Assembly (NCBI GenBank): GCA_040901985.1 | Contig: JBBDYC010000009.1 | Coordinates: 248,644 to 312,643, forward strand | Length of the DNA: 64,000 bases | Reading direction: 5' to 3' | Origin: Gemmatimonadaceae bacterium | Lineage (GTDB): Bacteria > Gemmatimonadota > Gemmatimonadetes > Gemmatimonadales > Gemmatimonadaceae | The notes under the pieces: model-generated | Databases searched by the model: none | What the model saw: only the letters and a program-made list of their open reading frames with translations | Told to the model about the DNA's origin: nothing | Translations under genes and position numbers: made by a program | Part shown: in pieces, positions 49,920 through 59,986 of the stretch | Numbering within the stretch: position 1 is the stretch's first letter | Layout of the letters: the number at the start of each line of letters is the position of its first letter

Positions 49920-51119
49920 GTGGAGATGCCTCCAAGAGCCAACCCCATCACGTATTTAGGACGCACCAACACTGCGCGGAACGATCGGACATTTGGCATT
50001 CGACGTCGCGACCGCCACAGCCATATCGCTGTAGTCGGGAAGACTGGCACAGGCAAATCGACACTGTTGGAGTCGATCGTGTTGCAGGATGCCGTCGCTG
50101 GTGACGGCTGCGCGCTTCTCGATCCGCACGGAGACCTCGTGCGAAACGTTCTCGCACGCCTCCCAGACAGTGCGCGCCCGCGCCTTGTTCTCCTGGACGC
50201 GACTGACCCTGCGGCGTCAATCGGATTCAATCCGCTCGCCCCAACCTCTCCAGATCGCCGGTCACTTGTGGCCGCCGGAATCGTCGAGGTGTTTAAGAAG
50301 CTCTGGAGTGAAGACTGGGGGCCGCGGCTTGAGCACCTGTTGAGGAACGTGGTTCTCACGCTGCTCGACAGCCCCAGTTCCACATTCGCCGACATCCCCC
50401 GTCTCATCGCAGACAGGACGTTCCGTGCTCAGCTCGTGGCGGATGTCAGGGACGACATAGTGCGGAGTTTCTGGACCGACGAGTTCGACCGATACTCCCC
50501 GCCATTCCGGGCCGTAGTCGTGGCACCCCTTCAGAACAAGCTCGGCGCCCTCCTCACCGACCCCACCGTTCGCAGGATTCTGGTTGAACCTGTCCGTGAA
50601 ATCGACCTCCGTGAGGTGATGGACCAAGGAAAGATCCTTCTAGTGAACCTGGACAAGGGGCAGATCGGCGAAGGGCCTTCGGCCACACTCGGATCATTTC
50701 TGGTCTCGCACTTGGCCCTCGCGGCGGTGCAGCGAAGCAACATGCCGGAAGGGGAACGAAGGGACTTCGCGATAGTGCTTGACGAATTCCAGACTTTCAC
50801 GACGCTTTCTCTCGCGACGATGCTTGCGGAACTCAGGAAGTTCCGGGTTGGAATGGTGTTGGCAAACCAGCATCTGTCGCAGTTGGATCCGGCCATCCGC
50901 GATGCAGTCTTCGGGAACGCCGGCACGGTCATCTCGTTCCGGGTCGGCGGGGCAGACGCGGCATTCCTGGCCCGAGAGTTCGCCCCAACGTTCGCCGCCG
51001 AGGACCTGATCTCCCTGCCCCGGTATCACATCTACATTCGCCTGCTCGTGGACGGTGACACCGCCCGGCCGTTCTCAGCCACTACCCTGCCCCACCCGCC
51101 TAGCCAAGGAGGTCGGTGA
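49920..51119 (+). CDS. TraD/TrwB-like (type IV coupling/HerA-FtsK) ATPase, soluble short form
   Basis: HIAVVGKTGTGKS, LDPHGDL, VLDEFQ, ELRKF, ANQ.LSQL. Confidence 0.85.
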   Translation: MEMPPRANPITYLGRTNTARNDRTFGIRRRDRHSHIAVVGKTGTGKSTLLESIVLQDAVAGDGCALLDPHGDLVRNVLARLPDSARPRLVLLDATDPAASIGFNPLAPTSPDRRSLVAAGIVEVFKKLWSEDWGPRLEHLLRNVVLTLLDSPSSTFADIPRLIADRTFRAQLVADVRDDIVRSFWTDEFDRYSPPFRAVVVAPLQNKLGALLTDPTVRRILVEPVREIDLREVMDQGKILLVNLDKGQIGEGPSATLGSFLVSHLALAAVQRSNMPEGERRDFAIVLDEFQTFTTLSLATMLAELRKFRVGMVLANQHLSQLDPAIRDAVFGNAGTVISFRVGGADAAFLAREFAPTFAAEDLISLPRYHIYIRLLVDGDTARPFSATTLPHPPSQGGR

Positions 51120-51423
51120 TCTCGCGACGGCGACGAGCGCGAATCTGCGGGCGCTCGTCCTCCGCGATATGCGCCCGAAGCAAGTCGATGGCCGCGTTGA
51201 CGTCATCGCGCCGAACCCGCGCGACACGCTTCCCACGCGACCGAGAGTACCAAGTCACAAGCTTCCCGCGGGTCGCTGGCTGAGGCGTCCCTCCTTCGAG
51301 GAAGCTCCGCAATCCGCTGAAGCTCATAGGGATCTCGTCCGCCACCTGCCGGAGCGAGGTGCTATCTACGCTCCGACGGACAGCCTTCCGGACAGTATCC
51401 AGCCCAAACCGAGAATCTGTCAT
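51100..51423 (-). CDS. Small HTH-like protein
   Basis: SLRQVADEIPMSFSGLRSFLEG. Confidence 0.6.
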   Translation of the reverse strand: MTDSRFGLDTVRKAVRRSVDSTSLRQVADEIPMSFSGLRSFLEGGTPQPATRGKLVTWYSRSRGKRVARVRRDDVNAAIDLLRAHIAEDERPQIRARRRREITDLLG

Positions 51424-51552
51424 TGACGGATTCTCCGGCCGGACTTACCTTCTGTGCGAAATCTTGTGCGAAATAGGTCGGTACACTCGTGAACTTATCC
51501 TCACGCACCGGCCAAGCGCAACTGATCGTCCACCTCTTTTCATGGAGCCCCG

Positions 51553-52056
51553 ATGATTCGGCAGTCAACGATCGCCGCACTCGTGCTGGTAGCACTCTGT
51601 ACGAGGATTGGTGCGACAAGCGCCTCGGCACAGGCAACCCCGCAGCCGGCACCAAGCGGAGATGCACTTGCACGCTATGGGCTGGAGAAGAAGGACGAGG
51701 CTGTCGCCGCCCTTATCGAGGCCGTGATTCCAGTGCTCGGACACCATTACGCCGGCGACGCCAGCCGAGGCGTGAAGCCGTTGCTGGTTTCAGGCAGCGG
51801 GCTGCTCCTCGCAATCGTTGGAGCCAGTTCTGGCTGTCAATCGGAGTTCGGCGGCACCTGCTTGGAGCCCGGCAACCCGAGTATGGTCGCCCTCGGGCTG
51901 CTCCTGTACACGGGTGGTCGCATCTGGGGCGTGGTATCCGCATACAACACAGCATCCGAGCACAACAGGGCTTTGCGCGAACGCTTGAGACTGTCGCTCG
52001 ATATCGGCAGACAACCCGGCACCGTCGGTGTGCGATTCACGATCGCGACCAACTAG
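51553..52056 (+). CDS. Hypothetical exported/membrane protein
   Basis: GGAG RBS, signal peptide, PVLGHHYAG plus two TM segments. Confidence 0.65.
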   Translation: MIRQSTIAALVLVALCTRIGATSASAQATPQPAPSGDALARYGLEKKDEAVAALIEAVIPVLGHHYAGDASRGVKPLLVSGSGLLLAIVGASSGCQSEFGGTCLEPGNPSMVALGLLLYTGGRIWGVVSAYNTASEHNRALRERLRLSLDIGRQPGTVGVRFTIATN

Positions 52057-52070
52057 CCGGGAGCCGACCA

Positions 52071-53204
52071 ATGCCAACACGCATTCTTCACCGCGGTGTG
52101 CGAGGCCGCGCACTACGGCTTCTGGTTTTTGCCTTCGCGCTTCCGGCCGTTGTGGCGTGTAGCGGAGAAGCTTCGTCGGGGCCACCTGCTCCGCCGCCTC
52201 CGACTCAAGTAGCAAGTGTCGTGATCAGTCCGCCGGGCGCGGCGATCTTCGCGACGGGCACTCAGCAGCTTACGGCATCGGCCAGGACTACCGGGGGCAG
52301 CGAGGTAGCTGGAAGGACATTCACGTGGTCCACCGACGCGGCACACGTAGCCAAGGTGTCCGCGGCCGGCGCGGTGACTGCCACGGGCGTTGGAACGGCT
52401 TTCATCAGAGCCGTTGACCAAGGCAGCGGGATAAGCCGGAGCGTTGAGGTCGTGGTCAGCGCACCACCACGGCCTCCCGGATCCCTGCTTTCAATCGGTA
52501 TCGATTCCATCCTGCAGTTTGGCAGCTGGGTCTATGTAAACTCGCTCATCGTGATCGACACGAGTGCAACCGGCAAGGACTACCGCATAAGCATCATTCG
52601 GAAACCCGATGTGCCGTTCGTTTCTCCCATCTCGCGCGCGTCCTTTCCCCTCACGAGCGCCATCGCTGAGTGCCCAAATGGGGCAAGATATCTCAGCAAC
52701 ATCGCTGACGGCACGAACTCCCTGCAGCTTTGGACAATCGACGATCAGACGGCCTTTGCCACATCACTCGGGACGCTGAGCATCGGGTCTTCGTCGGTCT
52801 CGAGTATGGTGTGTGATGCCACCAACTCCCTGCTCGTCGTCGGCAACTTTGCAGGCTTTGGTACGTTGTTCCGCGTCAACCCGGTGACGCGACAGGTTAC
52901 GACGATCAAGTTGATCGACGAGACCTTCTGGGGCATCGCGAGATCCCCGGCCGATGTCTTCTACGCGACGGTCAGCGATCCAATCGCATCGAACCACGAA
53001 CCTCAACTATTCGTCAGTATCAATCCGAGTACCGGTGTTTACGCGCCTGTCGGTGACGGACAACTGCGAGAGTTCTTTCCAATCAGTCAGATGGCGTTTC
53101 GCGGCGATCGAATCCTGGGTATCTCCTACTTTGGTGACGAGCTGGTCGAGATTAACGCGGCCACGGGCGCGGTCACGGTTCTTCGAGCCCTCACAGTACG
53201 GTAG
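52071..53204 (+). CDS. Lipoprotein with Ig-like (Big_2) domain and beta-propeller-like region
   Basis: Lipobox VVAC; TWST....VAKVS.AG.VTA..GTA; repeated L..INP.TG. Confidence 0.75.
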   Translation: MPTRILHRGVRGRALRLLVFAFALPAVVACSGEASSGPPAPPPPTQVASVVISPPGAAIFATGTQQLTASARTTGGSEVAGRTFTWSTDAAHVAKVSAAGAVTATGVGTAFIRAVDQGSGISRSVEVVVSAPPRPPGSLLSIGIDSILQFGSWVYVNSLIVIDTSATGKDYRISIIRKPDVPFVSPISRASFPLTSAIAECPNGARYLSNIADGTNSLQLWTIDDQTAFATSLGTLSIGSSSVSSMVCDATNSLLVVGNFAGFGTLFRVNPVTRQVTTIKLIDETFWGIARSPADVFYATVSDPIASNHEPQLFVSINPSTGVYAPVGDGQLREFFPISQMAFRGDRILGISYFGDELVEINAATGAVTVLRALTVR

Positions 53205-53224
53205 TTGGCCTAGCCGAACGTCCT

Positions 53225-53259
53225 GAACCGCCGGCCCGCCTGGCCGGCGGTTCTTTTTT
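53225..53259 (+). terminator. Intrinsic terminator
   Basis: GAACCGCCGGCC-loop-GGCCGGCGGTTC-TTTTTT. Confidence 0.85.
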
Positions 53260-53336
53260 CGGTCTACGCCGCTCCTTCCGCTGGCACAGAATCGGAGTTT
53301 AGTTATGTTGTCCGATTCTACCAAAACGGAGGCACC

Positions 53337-53828
53337 GTGGCGCAGGCGCTCCAGATTGTTTCGCACTGGCATCACTCAGTTGAGAACCTCACCGCGTCTT
53401 CACTCGACTTCTACAAGGAGATCGAGAAAGCGCTCACAGCGAAGAAGGTTGACGTCCGAACCGAGCGGGTAACGTGGCGCGAGGGTGGCCTCTTCTCCAA
53501 CAAGCGCGAGTACCTGCGAGTCACATACGACCGTTTTGTATTTGATATTGGCGCCTCACCATTCGGCACGGATTTCTTCTTCTCGTGGTGGCTGGGGACC
53601 TATGCGAGCCCTCTAGTTTCATTGCCGGTCATCGGCTTTTTGTATAGCCGTCTCGCGAAGCCCAACACGTACTACTCCGAGGACACGCGCGTGATGTTCG
53701 AGGAGACCATTCATCGCGTTGTTCTCGATATCGTGAGCGGCATCCTGACGCTGAACAAGATGACGCCACTCACGCCGACAGAGCGGGTCTCGTTGAAGCA
53801 CAAGCAGCTCGCCAGCTTCTCTTCTTGA
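53337..53828 (+). CDS. Hypothetical membrane-associated protein upstream of the coupling ATPase
   Basis: GGAGG RBS; EGGLFSNKREYLR, FFFSWW, TYY..DT..MF. Confidence 0.75.
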   Translation: MAQALQIVSHWHHSVENLTASSLDFYKEIEKALTAKKVDVRTERVTWREGGLFSNKREYLRVTYDRFVFDIGASPFGTDFFFSWWLGTYASPLVSLPVIGFLYSRLAKPNTYYSEDTRVMFEETIHRVVLDIVSGILTLNKMTPLTPTERVSLKHKQLASFSS

Positions 53829-53848
53829 GCGACGGGTAGAGGTCCACT

Positions 53849-56800
53849 GTGCACCCTGACCGCCTTCTCCGCCGATTCGACGCGTGGGAGGCGCGAACGC
53901 GCGGCCACCGCTCGTGGCCGGAGTGCGTATCGCTAGAACCGAGGTATACACCTCTTCTCGGGAAGCACAGAATCAAACGCGGCATCGTTGATGATGCGCG
54001 CAGACCGGGACTGCTTGAGCGACTCCGCGGCCCAACGCCAAAGACCGCCGAGAAGTCGGTGCGCGATCAGGCAGAGAGATCCGTTCCACAACAACGGTCA
54101 GGAGATCTATCGGCATTTCAGGTCCTGACCAACGAACGGCAGTCTCCGCCGATTGCCTTCGGCAGTGCCCTGATGCGTTCCCTGTCGAGCATCTCGCGAC
54201 ACCTCAGCTTCGAACTCGTTGCCCTCTCGGATCGGATTGTCCCGCAGTTTGTCTGTGACGCAGACGACCGGCCGGTCGTACGCGGGTCGCTCCGCGTGCA
54301 CTCCCAGGACACGAAGATTCTTGAGCGCCCGGACCTGCTGCGCGAAGAGATCGAGAAACGCGATGGGTTCGGCGTCATCCAGCACTTTGGGCTCCGCAAC
54401 CGGATCTTCTGGCCGCTTCGCACAGAGAGCCGCCTCGACCCGGATCCGTTGACGGATCTCGTTGCCAGCCTCGACGACTTGTCGCCTGAGGAGCTGGCGG
54501 TTGTTCAAGTGCTCTTTGCGCCGGCGCGTATGCCGTGGAAGACTGACCTGCTGGAGTTTGTCGAAGGCATCGAGGATGTCGACCACGTCCTGCCTCTCGT
54601 GCGACTCAAGTTCGCCGAGCCGACATTTGCGACCGTGGTACGCGTGGCGGTGATTGCGCAGAACGAGCGTTTGGCCGTTGCGAGGGCCTCCCGTGTGGCG
54701 AATGCGCTTGTCACGACAACGCGATCTGAAGGCAACGAGCTGGTTCCGATCGACAGCTCGAAGGTCGCGACGGAGGACTGGGTTCACGATCTCCTTGAGC
54801 GACAGACGCACCATCACGGGATGCTCCTCTCGCTCCCCGAACTCCTCACCCTGGTCCACATACCGGGTGGAATCCGATCTGAACGACTCGTCAGGCAGGG
54901 TGCCCGCACCAAAGCGGCTCCTGCTCGCACGAGGGCGGGAGCGCTCCTCCTCGGCACGAACGAGCACGACGGCGAGACCAATCCTGTCCACCTCTCGATC
55001 GAGGAGAGGATGCGGCACACGTACGTCATCGGAGCCAGCGGGACCGGCAAGAGCACGTTGCTCCTTCAGATGGCGCTCCAGGATCTCGCGGCAGGACACG
55101 GATTGGCGGTCCTCGATCCGCACGGCGACCTGATTGACGATCTGCTGGCTCGGATGCCGGAGAACCGGATAGCAGACGTCGTGCTCTTCGACCCCACGGA
55201 CGAGGCCTATCCTGTCGGATTCAATATCCTGAACGCGCATTCGGAACTCGAACGGACCCTTCTATCGTCCGACCTGGTCTCCGTCTTCCGTAGGCTCTCC
55301 ACCTCATTTGGCGACCAGATGGCCGCCGTGCTCGGCAACGCGGTGCTTGCGTTCCTTGAGCATCCGGAGGGCGGCACCCTCATCGATCTTCGACGCTTCT
55401 TGATTGATAAGAGCTTCCGGGCGCGATTCCTCGAGGGCGTCCAGGACGAGCAGGTCGTCTCCTACTGGCAGGAGGAGTATCCGCTATTGAAGGGGCTTCC
55501 GCACGCCCCACTCCTCACACGGCTCAACACCTTTCTGCGACCCAAGCTCATTCGCCACATGGTGGCGCAGAAGGACGATCGATTGGACATGCGGGCCATC
55601 ATGGATGGCAGGAAGATACTGCTGGCGAGACTGGCGCAAGGTGGCATCGGCGAGGAGAACGCGCATCTCCTAGGCTCGCTCCTTGTGGCGCGAATCGCGC
55701 AAGCCGCGATGAGTAGGCAGGAAACGGCGGCAGCCAATCGCACTCCCTTCTTCACGTACATTGACGAGTTTCATCACTTCGTCACTCCGTCGATCGCCGC
55801 CATCCTATCAGGTGCCCGCAAGTACGGGCTCGGGCTGACCCTGGCTCATCAGGAGATGCGTCAGCTCAAGGTGAGAAGCGAAGAGGTAGCGAGTGCCGTG
55901 TTGTCCAACGCCGCCACACGCATCGCCTTTCGTGTTGGCGAGCAGGACGCCAAGACACTGGGTGAGGGGCTTTCATTTTTCGAATCGCGCGACATTCAGA
56001 ATCTCGGTATTGGCGAGGCGATCGTGCGCCTTGAGCGCCCTGATCAGGACTTCAATCTGCGCACTCCGCCGGTCAAACCGATTGACCATACCGCGGCCGA
56101 TGGCCGGCGCTCTGCCGTTCGCGACGTATCGAGAAATCGATATGGGCAGCCGAAAAGCGAGGTCGAGGCCGTACTTCGGTCGACACAAACGCAGACGACG
56201 CTTGAGGAGAGAGTTGCTCCCCGAGCCACGCGAGGAGGGCGACGGGAATCGCCGCAAGGGAGCCCCGCACCTATCCAGTCAGTAGGGGCAGCCGACCGAC
56301 TACCGGGCCGCGGCGGGCCGCAGCACAAGTACCTGCAGTCGCTCGTTCGCAAACTGGCGGAGGACCGTGGATTCATTGCGACGATTGAGAAACGAGTGCT
56401 CGACGGGCACGGCCACGTGGACGTGATGCTGGAGCGTGATGGCCTGACGGTGGGTTGTGAGATTTCAGTAACGACGGACGAGGCGCACGAGGCAAATAAT
56501 CTCTCGAAATGTTTGGCGGCTGGCTTCGACCACGTGGTGCTTCTTTGTTCGGACGAACGCCAGTTGGCGAACGTAAGAGCGCTTCTTGATCCAAGCATTG
56601 GAGGCGATGTCCGCTATCTCACCCCGGAACGCCTGATTCTTTTCCTTGACGAGTTGGTTGGTGCCGGCAATCGGCACACTAGCATCTCTCGCCAGTCGGC
56701 GGTACCCGCCCCCGCGCAGGCAACGAGGAAGCTGCGGTCAGCGGAGGACACGGCGTCACGCCTGAGCATGAAGCCCCAGACACTCGCGAAGATGCGCTGG

Positions 56801-56938
56801 AGTGGAGACTCGCCGCCATTCATCAAAATCGGCAGGCGTGTCTTCTACGACGATTTCGAGGTGGATGCGTGGGTTGCGCTGCGTCGGCGCCGTTCAACGT
56901 CTGACCCTGGCCAAATCTCGCAGGATCCGCGAACCTGA
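53849..56938 (+). CDS. TraD/TrwB-like ATPase fused to a PD-(D/E)xK-like domain and an excisionase-type HTH
   Basis: GASGTGKS, LDPHGDL, YIDEFH; QH...E...HVDV...CEI; TLAKMRW.G..PPFIKIGRRVFY. Confidence 0.85.
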   Translation: MHPDRLLRRFDAWEARTRGHRSWPECVSLEPRYTPLLGKHRIKRGIVDDARRPGLLERLRGPTPKTAEKSVRDQAERSVPQQRSGDLSAFQVLTNERQSPPIAFGSALMRSLSSISRHLSFELVALSDRIVPQFVCDADDRPVVRGSLRVHSQDTKILERPDLLREEIEKRDGFGVIQHFGLRNRIFWPLRTESRLDPDPLTDLVASLDDLSPEELAVVQVLFAPARMPWKTDLLEFVEGIEDVDHVLPLVRLKFAEPTFATVVRVAVIAQNERLAVARASRVANALVTTTRSEGNELVPIDSSKVATEDWVHDLLERQTHHHGMLLSLPELLTLVHIPGGIRSERLVRQGARTKAAPARTRAGALLLGTNEHDGETNPVHLSIEERMRHTYVIGASGTGKSTLLLQMALQDLAAGHGLAVLDPHGDLIDDLLARMPENRIADVVLFDPTDEAYPVGFNILNAHSELERTLLSSDLVSVFRRLSTSFGDQMAAVLGNAVLAFLEHPEGGTLIDLRRFLIDKSFRARFLEGVQDEQVVSYWQEEYPLLKGLPHAPLLTRLNTFLRPKLIRHMVAQKDDRLDMRAIMDGRKILLARLAQGGIGEENAHLLGSLLVARIAQAAMSRQETAAANRTPFFTYIDEFHHFVTPSIAAILSGARKYGLGLTLAHQEMRQLKVRSEEVASAVLSNAATRIAFRVGEQDAKTLGEGLSFFESRDIQNLGIGEAIVRLERPDQDFNLRTPPVKPIDHTAADGRRSAVRDVSRNRYGQPKSEVEAVLRSTQTQTTLEERVAPRATRGGRRESPQGSPAPIQSVGAADRLPGRGGPQHKYLQSLVRKLAEDRGFIATIEKRVLDGHGHVDVMLERDGLTVGCEISVTTDEAHEANNLSKCLAAGFDHVVLLCSDERQLANVRALLDPSIGGDVRYLTPERLILFLDELVGAGNRHTSISRQSAVPAPAQATRKLRSAEDTASRLSMKPQTLAKMRWSGDSPPFIKIGRRVFYDDFEVDAWVALRRRRSTSDPGQISQDPRT

Positions 56939-57369
56939 AGATTGGCTCCTCAGAGTTTAGACAGCCCTGCGACGGCATTTCGCAGTCTGGACGCGACGGG
57001 CATCTCATCGGGAATCGTGCAAACCAACCGGACCAGTGACGCAATTTCGGCGCTCACGTCGCGCGCGCTGGGGGAGTCTTGCCTGCCCGCAACTCGCCGC
57101 TCGACCCGCGCATTGACCGACTTAGCCGCGGCAGGATGGGGGCGCGTCCCTGTCAGGTACGTGAAGAGGCCGCTCCGGACGGGTCGTGTCTGCATCCTTC
57201 GAACCCAGCGCGGCAACCCGTCTATTGCTTGCGCTTCGGCGCCGAGGTTACAAACTATCGTGCGCTCGTCGCTTCTGTCCTTCGCGCGATGCTCGCCATT
57301 CGAGAACGCCTCACCGCTTCAAGGAAATGGGACGCTACCGCTCGATTGGCGTGTGGTAACCGCGCGGCA

Positions 57370-57505
57370 CTTTCGTCCACTGATGAAGGAGACCGACATT
57401 CGCACGACGTTGAACACCTACGTGCACGACGATGAGGGAGTGCAGGACGGTACGGCCGACTGTCTCGAGCAGATGTTTAGCGTGGGCAGGGTGGCGACAT
57501 CCTGA
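57370..57505 (+). pseudogene. Remnant of a tyrosine-integrase C-terminus
   Basis: DIRTTLNTYVH...A..LE resembles the post-LGH catalytic Tyr segment; upstream sequence does not fit. Confidence 0.45.
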
Positions 57506-57579
57506 GCGACAGACGTAGTCGTGCTCGCTGTCGGCCCTCCGGACTGCTTCGGCGATTCGGGGTGCCGATTCGCTGCGCA

Positions 57580-58569
57580 TCAGCGTCCGACGAACACGGC
57601 CTGTCGGCTCACAACTGCGTGATAGGCGAGACAGCCGTCGACGAGTAGCCGCACTTCGACACGAGACGGCAACCCAACGCACGCCTTCGACCAGATCGGG
57701 CTGAGGTTCTTGCGCTTCGCCTCCTCGACCAACACGACGCCTGTCTCAGCGTCAGTGATCGTCAGCACGAAATCGTACTCGAATCCCCCGGGGCGTGCGA
57801 CCTCGAACTGCACGGCATCGTCGAGTAGCCGGACTTCCTTCACGAGATGCCCATTGTGTCGATAGAAGATGTCCCTACCGACGGGGGAGAGAGTGACCAT
57901 TGCGGCCCACTGCGGCGCATCGGCGCCCAGCAGATGCAGCAGGGTCTCTTGTTCCGCGGCGGTGCGACAAACGATTGACTTCAACTGCCCTAAGTCGAGT
58001 TCACGTTCAACGAACACTTCGGCGTGTCGGCGGAAGATGATCTCGCCCTTCACCAACGGCGCCGTGATGTATCCGTCGTGATACACCTCCGCCATCGGGA
58101 GAGACGCCAAGAACGCGGCATCGTCGCCTCTCCGGTACTCTCCAGCTCGTGCCAAGCTGCCGTCCGACGCCGAAACGCCTGGACGGCAGAGCAGCCCCTT
58201 GAGGTCGAACAGGAGGAAGACCGGCACGGGACAGTGCTCCCCGGTTAAGGGGAGCTGCGCGCGTGCCTTAACGCCTTCCATCCGATACTGCGTCGGCGTG
58301 AGCGGGCGGAAATAGAGCCGCACAACGTTCTGCGCATGCGCCGACTGCGCGATGACCTGTTGATTCGCCGCGTCGCGGTGCGGGATGCGTTGCCGATCGC
58401 ATTCCGCTCGGCTCAGTAGCTTGCCGGTGCGTAGGATCGACGCGACAGCTTGAATGTCGTCGAAGCGAAATGCGCACTTCGTCCACCATTGACGGCGTGC
58501 CCCGAGTGCGAGCGCCGTCGGCAGTCCGTCGACCCAAGCTTCAATCGCGTGCGCGTCTGGCTTCCGCAC
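57580..58569 (-). CDS. darT: DarT-like ssDNA ADP-ribosyltransferase (DUF4433) with C-terminal extension
   Basis: SIL..G.LLSR, VRLYFRPLTPTQY, SDGS, RRHAEVFV; GTG start inferred. Confidence 0.8.
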   Translation of the reverse strand: MRKPDAHAIEAWVDGLPTALALGARRQWWTKCAFRFDDIQAVASILRTGKLLSRAECDRQRIPHRDAANQQVIAQSAHAQNVVRLYFRPLTPTQYRMEGVKARAQLPLTGEHCPVPVFLLFDLKGLLCRPGVSASDGSLARAGEYRRGDDAAFLASLPMAEVYHDGYITAPLVKGEIIFRRHAEVFVERELDLGQLKSIVCRTAAEQETLLHLLGADAPQWAAMVTLSPVGRDIFYRHNGHLVKEVRLLDDAVQFEVARPGGFEYDFVLTITDAETGVVLVEEAKRKNLSPIWSKACVGLPSRVEVRLLVDGCLAYHAVVSRQAVFVGR

Positions 58570-58576
58570 CGGCGGA

Positions 58577-59485
58577 CTATGCCAGCGAGAGACCGCGCTG
58601 CTCGTCCCGTGCAACCGACGGCACGAGTTGCAGCGCGTTCATCTTGTTGAAGCTGAAGTCGTCAAACGTCCGCGCAACACGCACGACGCCGATGTAGGGC
58701 AGCGCCGCAAAGATCGGGAACAGGTAAGGTGCGACGCGCTCGTCGACTGCGCGCGGAGTGACGACGCCGTGGCTACTCAGTTCGCGCCACACCGGCAGCA
58801 CGTCGTCGCGAGGTACGGCGAACGTCTTGCCGGAGGAGCGCACCCGTATGTATTCCTGCGACGGGTCGGCCTGCGGCACGAACTCTGCGACGAACGTCGT
58901 CTGCTTCGTGATCGTGTGGAATTCGCGCGGCTGCGCAAGAAGCTCCTTGATGTCTTCCCACACTTCGGCGAGCGGAAGCGCGCGCGGCTCGGCGTGCAGC
59001 CAGTCGCGGATGGTGGCGGGCGCGCGGTGCTCCGGCACGGCATTGCGCGGCAGCGGAGGATAGAGGAACACGGGAATCGGGAGGTTCGACAAGTAGCGTT
59101 CCATCAATGGGCGCACGTCGTCGTACGACAGCTCGCCATTGCCGCAACCGAGCGGCGGGAAGGCGATCGAGTGAATGCCCGCCTCGCGCCAGATGCGCAC
59201 GAACGTATCGAGACCGCGTTCGACGTACTCGAGCTTCGACGGCCGTCTCCATTCCTGCTTTGTCGGGAAGTTCAGAATCTTCTTGTGCCGCGTCTGATAC
59301 AGGTGCAGCGTGCCGATTTGCAGTTTCCCCGCCTCACAGAACCGCTGATACTCCGTGAACATCTCCGGGAAGTACCTCTTGAACTGTAGAGCGATCCCCT
59401 TTCCCATCGCACCGACGGTGTTGACGGTGTTGACGAGAGTCTGCGCGGGAGATTCGAAGAGGTTTCCCTGAACGTACGAGATCAT
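58577..59485 (-). CDS. darG: DarG-like macrodomain antitoxin
   Basis: GNLF..AQTLVNTVNTVGAMGKGIALQFK, NFPTK..WR..S, AFPPLGCGNG. Confidence 0.9.
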   Translation of the reverse strand: MISYVQGNLFESPAQTLVNTVNTVGAMGKGIALQFKRYFPEMFTEYQRFCEAGKLQIGTLHLYQTRHKKILNFPTKQEWRRPSKLEYVERGLDTFVRIWREAGIHSIAFPPLGCGNGELSYDDVRPLMERYLSNLPIPVFLYPPLPRNAVPEHRAPATIRDWLHAEPRALPLAEVWEDIKELLAQPREFHTITKQTTFVAEFVPQADPSQEYIRVRSSGKTFAVPRDDVLPVWRELSSHGVVTPRAVDERVAPYLFPIFAALPYIGVVRVARTFDDFSFNKMNALQLVPSVARDEQRGLSLA

Positions 59486-59986
59486 AGGTCCGGCATCGCG
59501 GAGGGTGTTTCTAAGTCACGACGGCGCCGCGACGTTACACTCAATCTAACACGCTGGCAAGGCCATTGCGGAGACGATCCCCGCTGCTCCACCTCTCGAC
59601 TTGCCTCCGGATGACGGTGCCGTGACGCCCCCAGGCGAGGTTCCGACCATGCCTACGACCTGCGATCGGTGCGGAAGAATCACGGGCGAGCCTTCACTCG
59701 GGCGCTGTGCGGATTGCACGCGACTCGTCCGCCTGACAATTACTGCACTCCGGCGCTATCTCGCCGTCAGTATCGCGCTGGACCAGCGCACGCTACCGCT
59801 CATACACGACGGCCACAGAAACCCGCGTCCCGGTTCTGCCGACCGTGACTAGCGCGCGCCCGCGCGGATAGGGAGATTCCTCAAGACCTTCGCGCCCACT
59901 GGCGCGGAGATTCCCTCGACCGGCACCTCGGCCGCAGCCAGAGTCTTCGGCTGCGTGCGCGCCTCACGTAGCGACCCAGCGGACTC

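Noticed and set aside
59601..59852. Small CxxC…CxxC ORF between darG and the RM gene
   Set aside because: Possible but short, with no recognisable family; not enough support to call.
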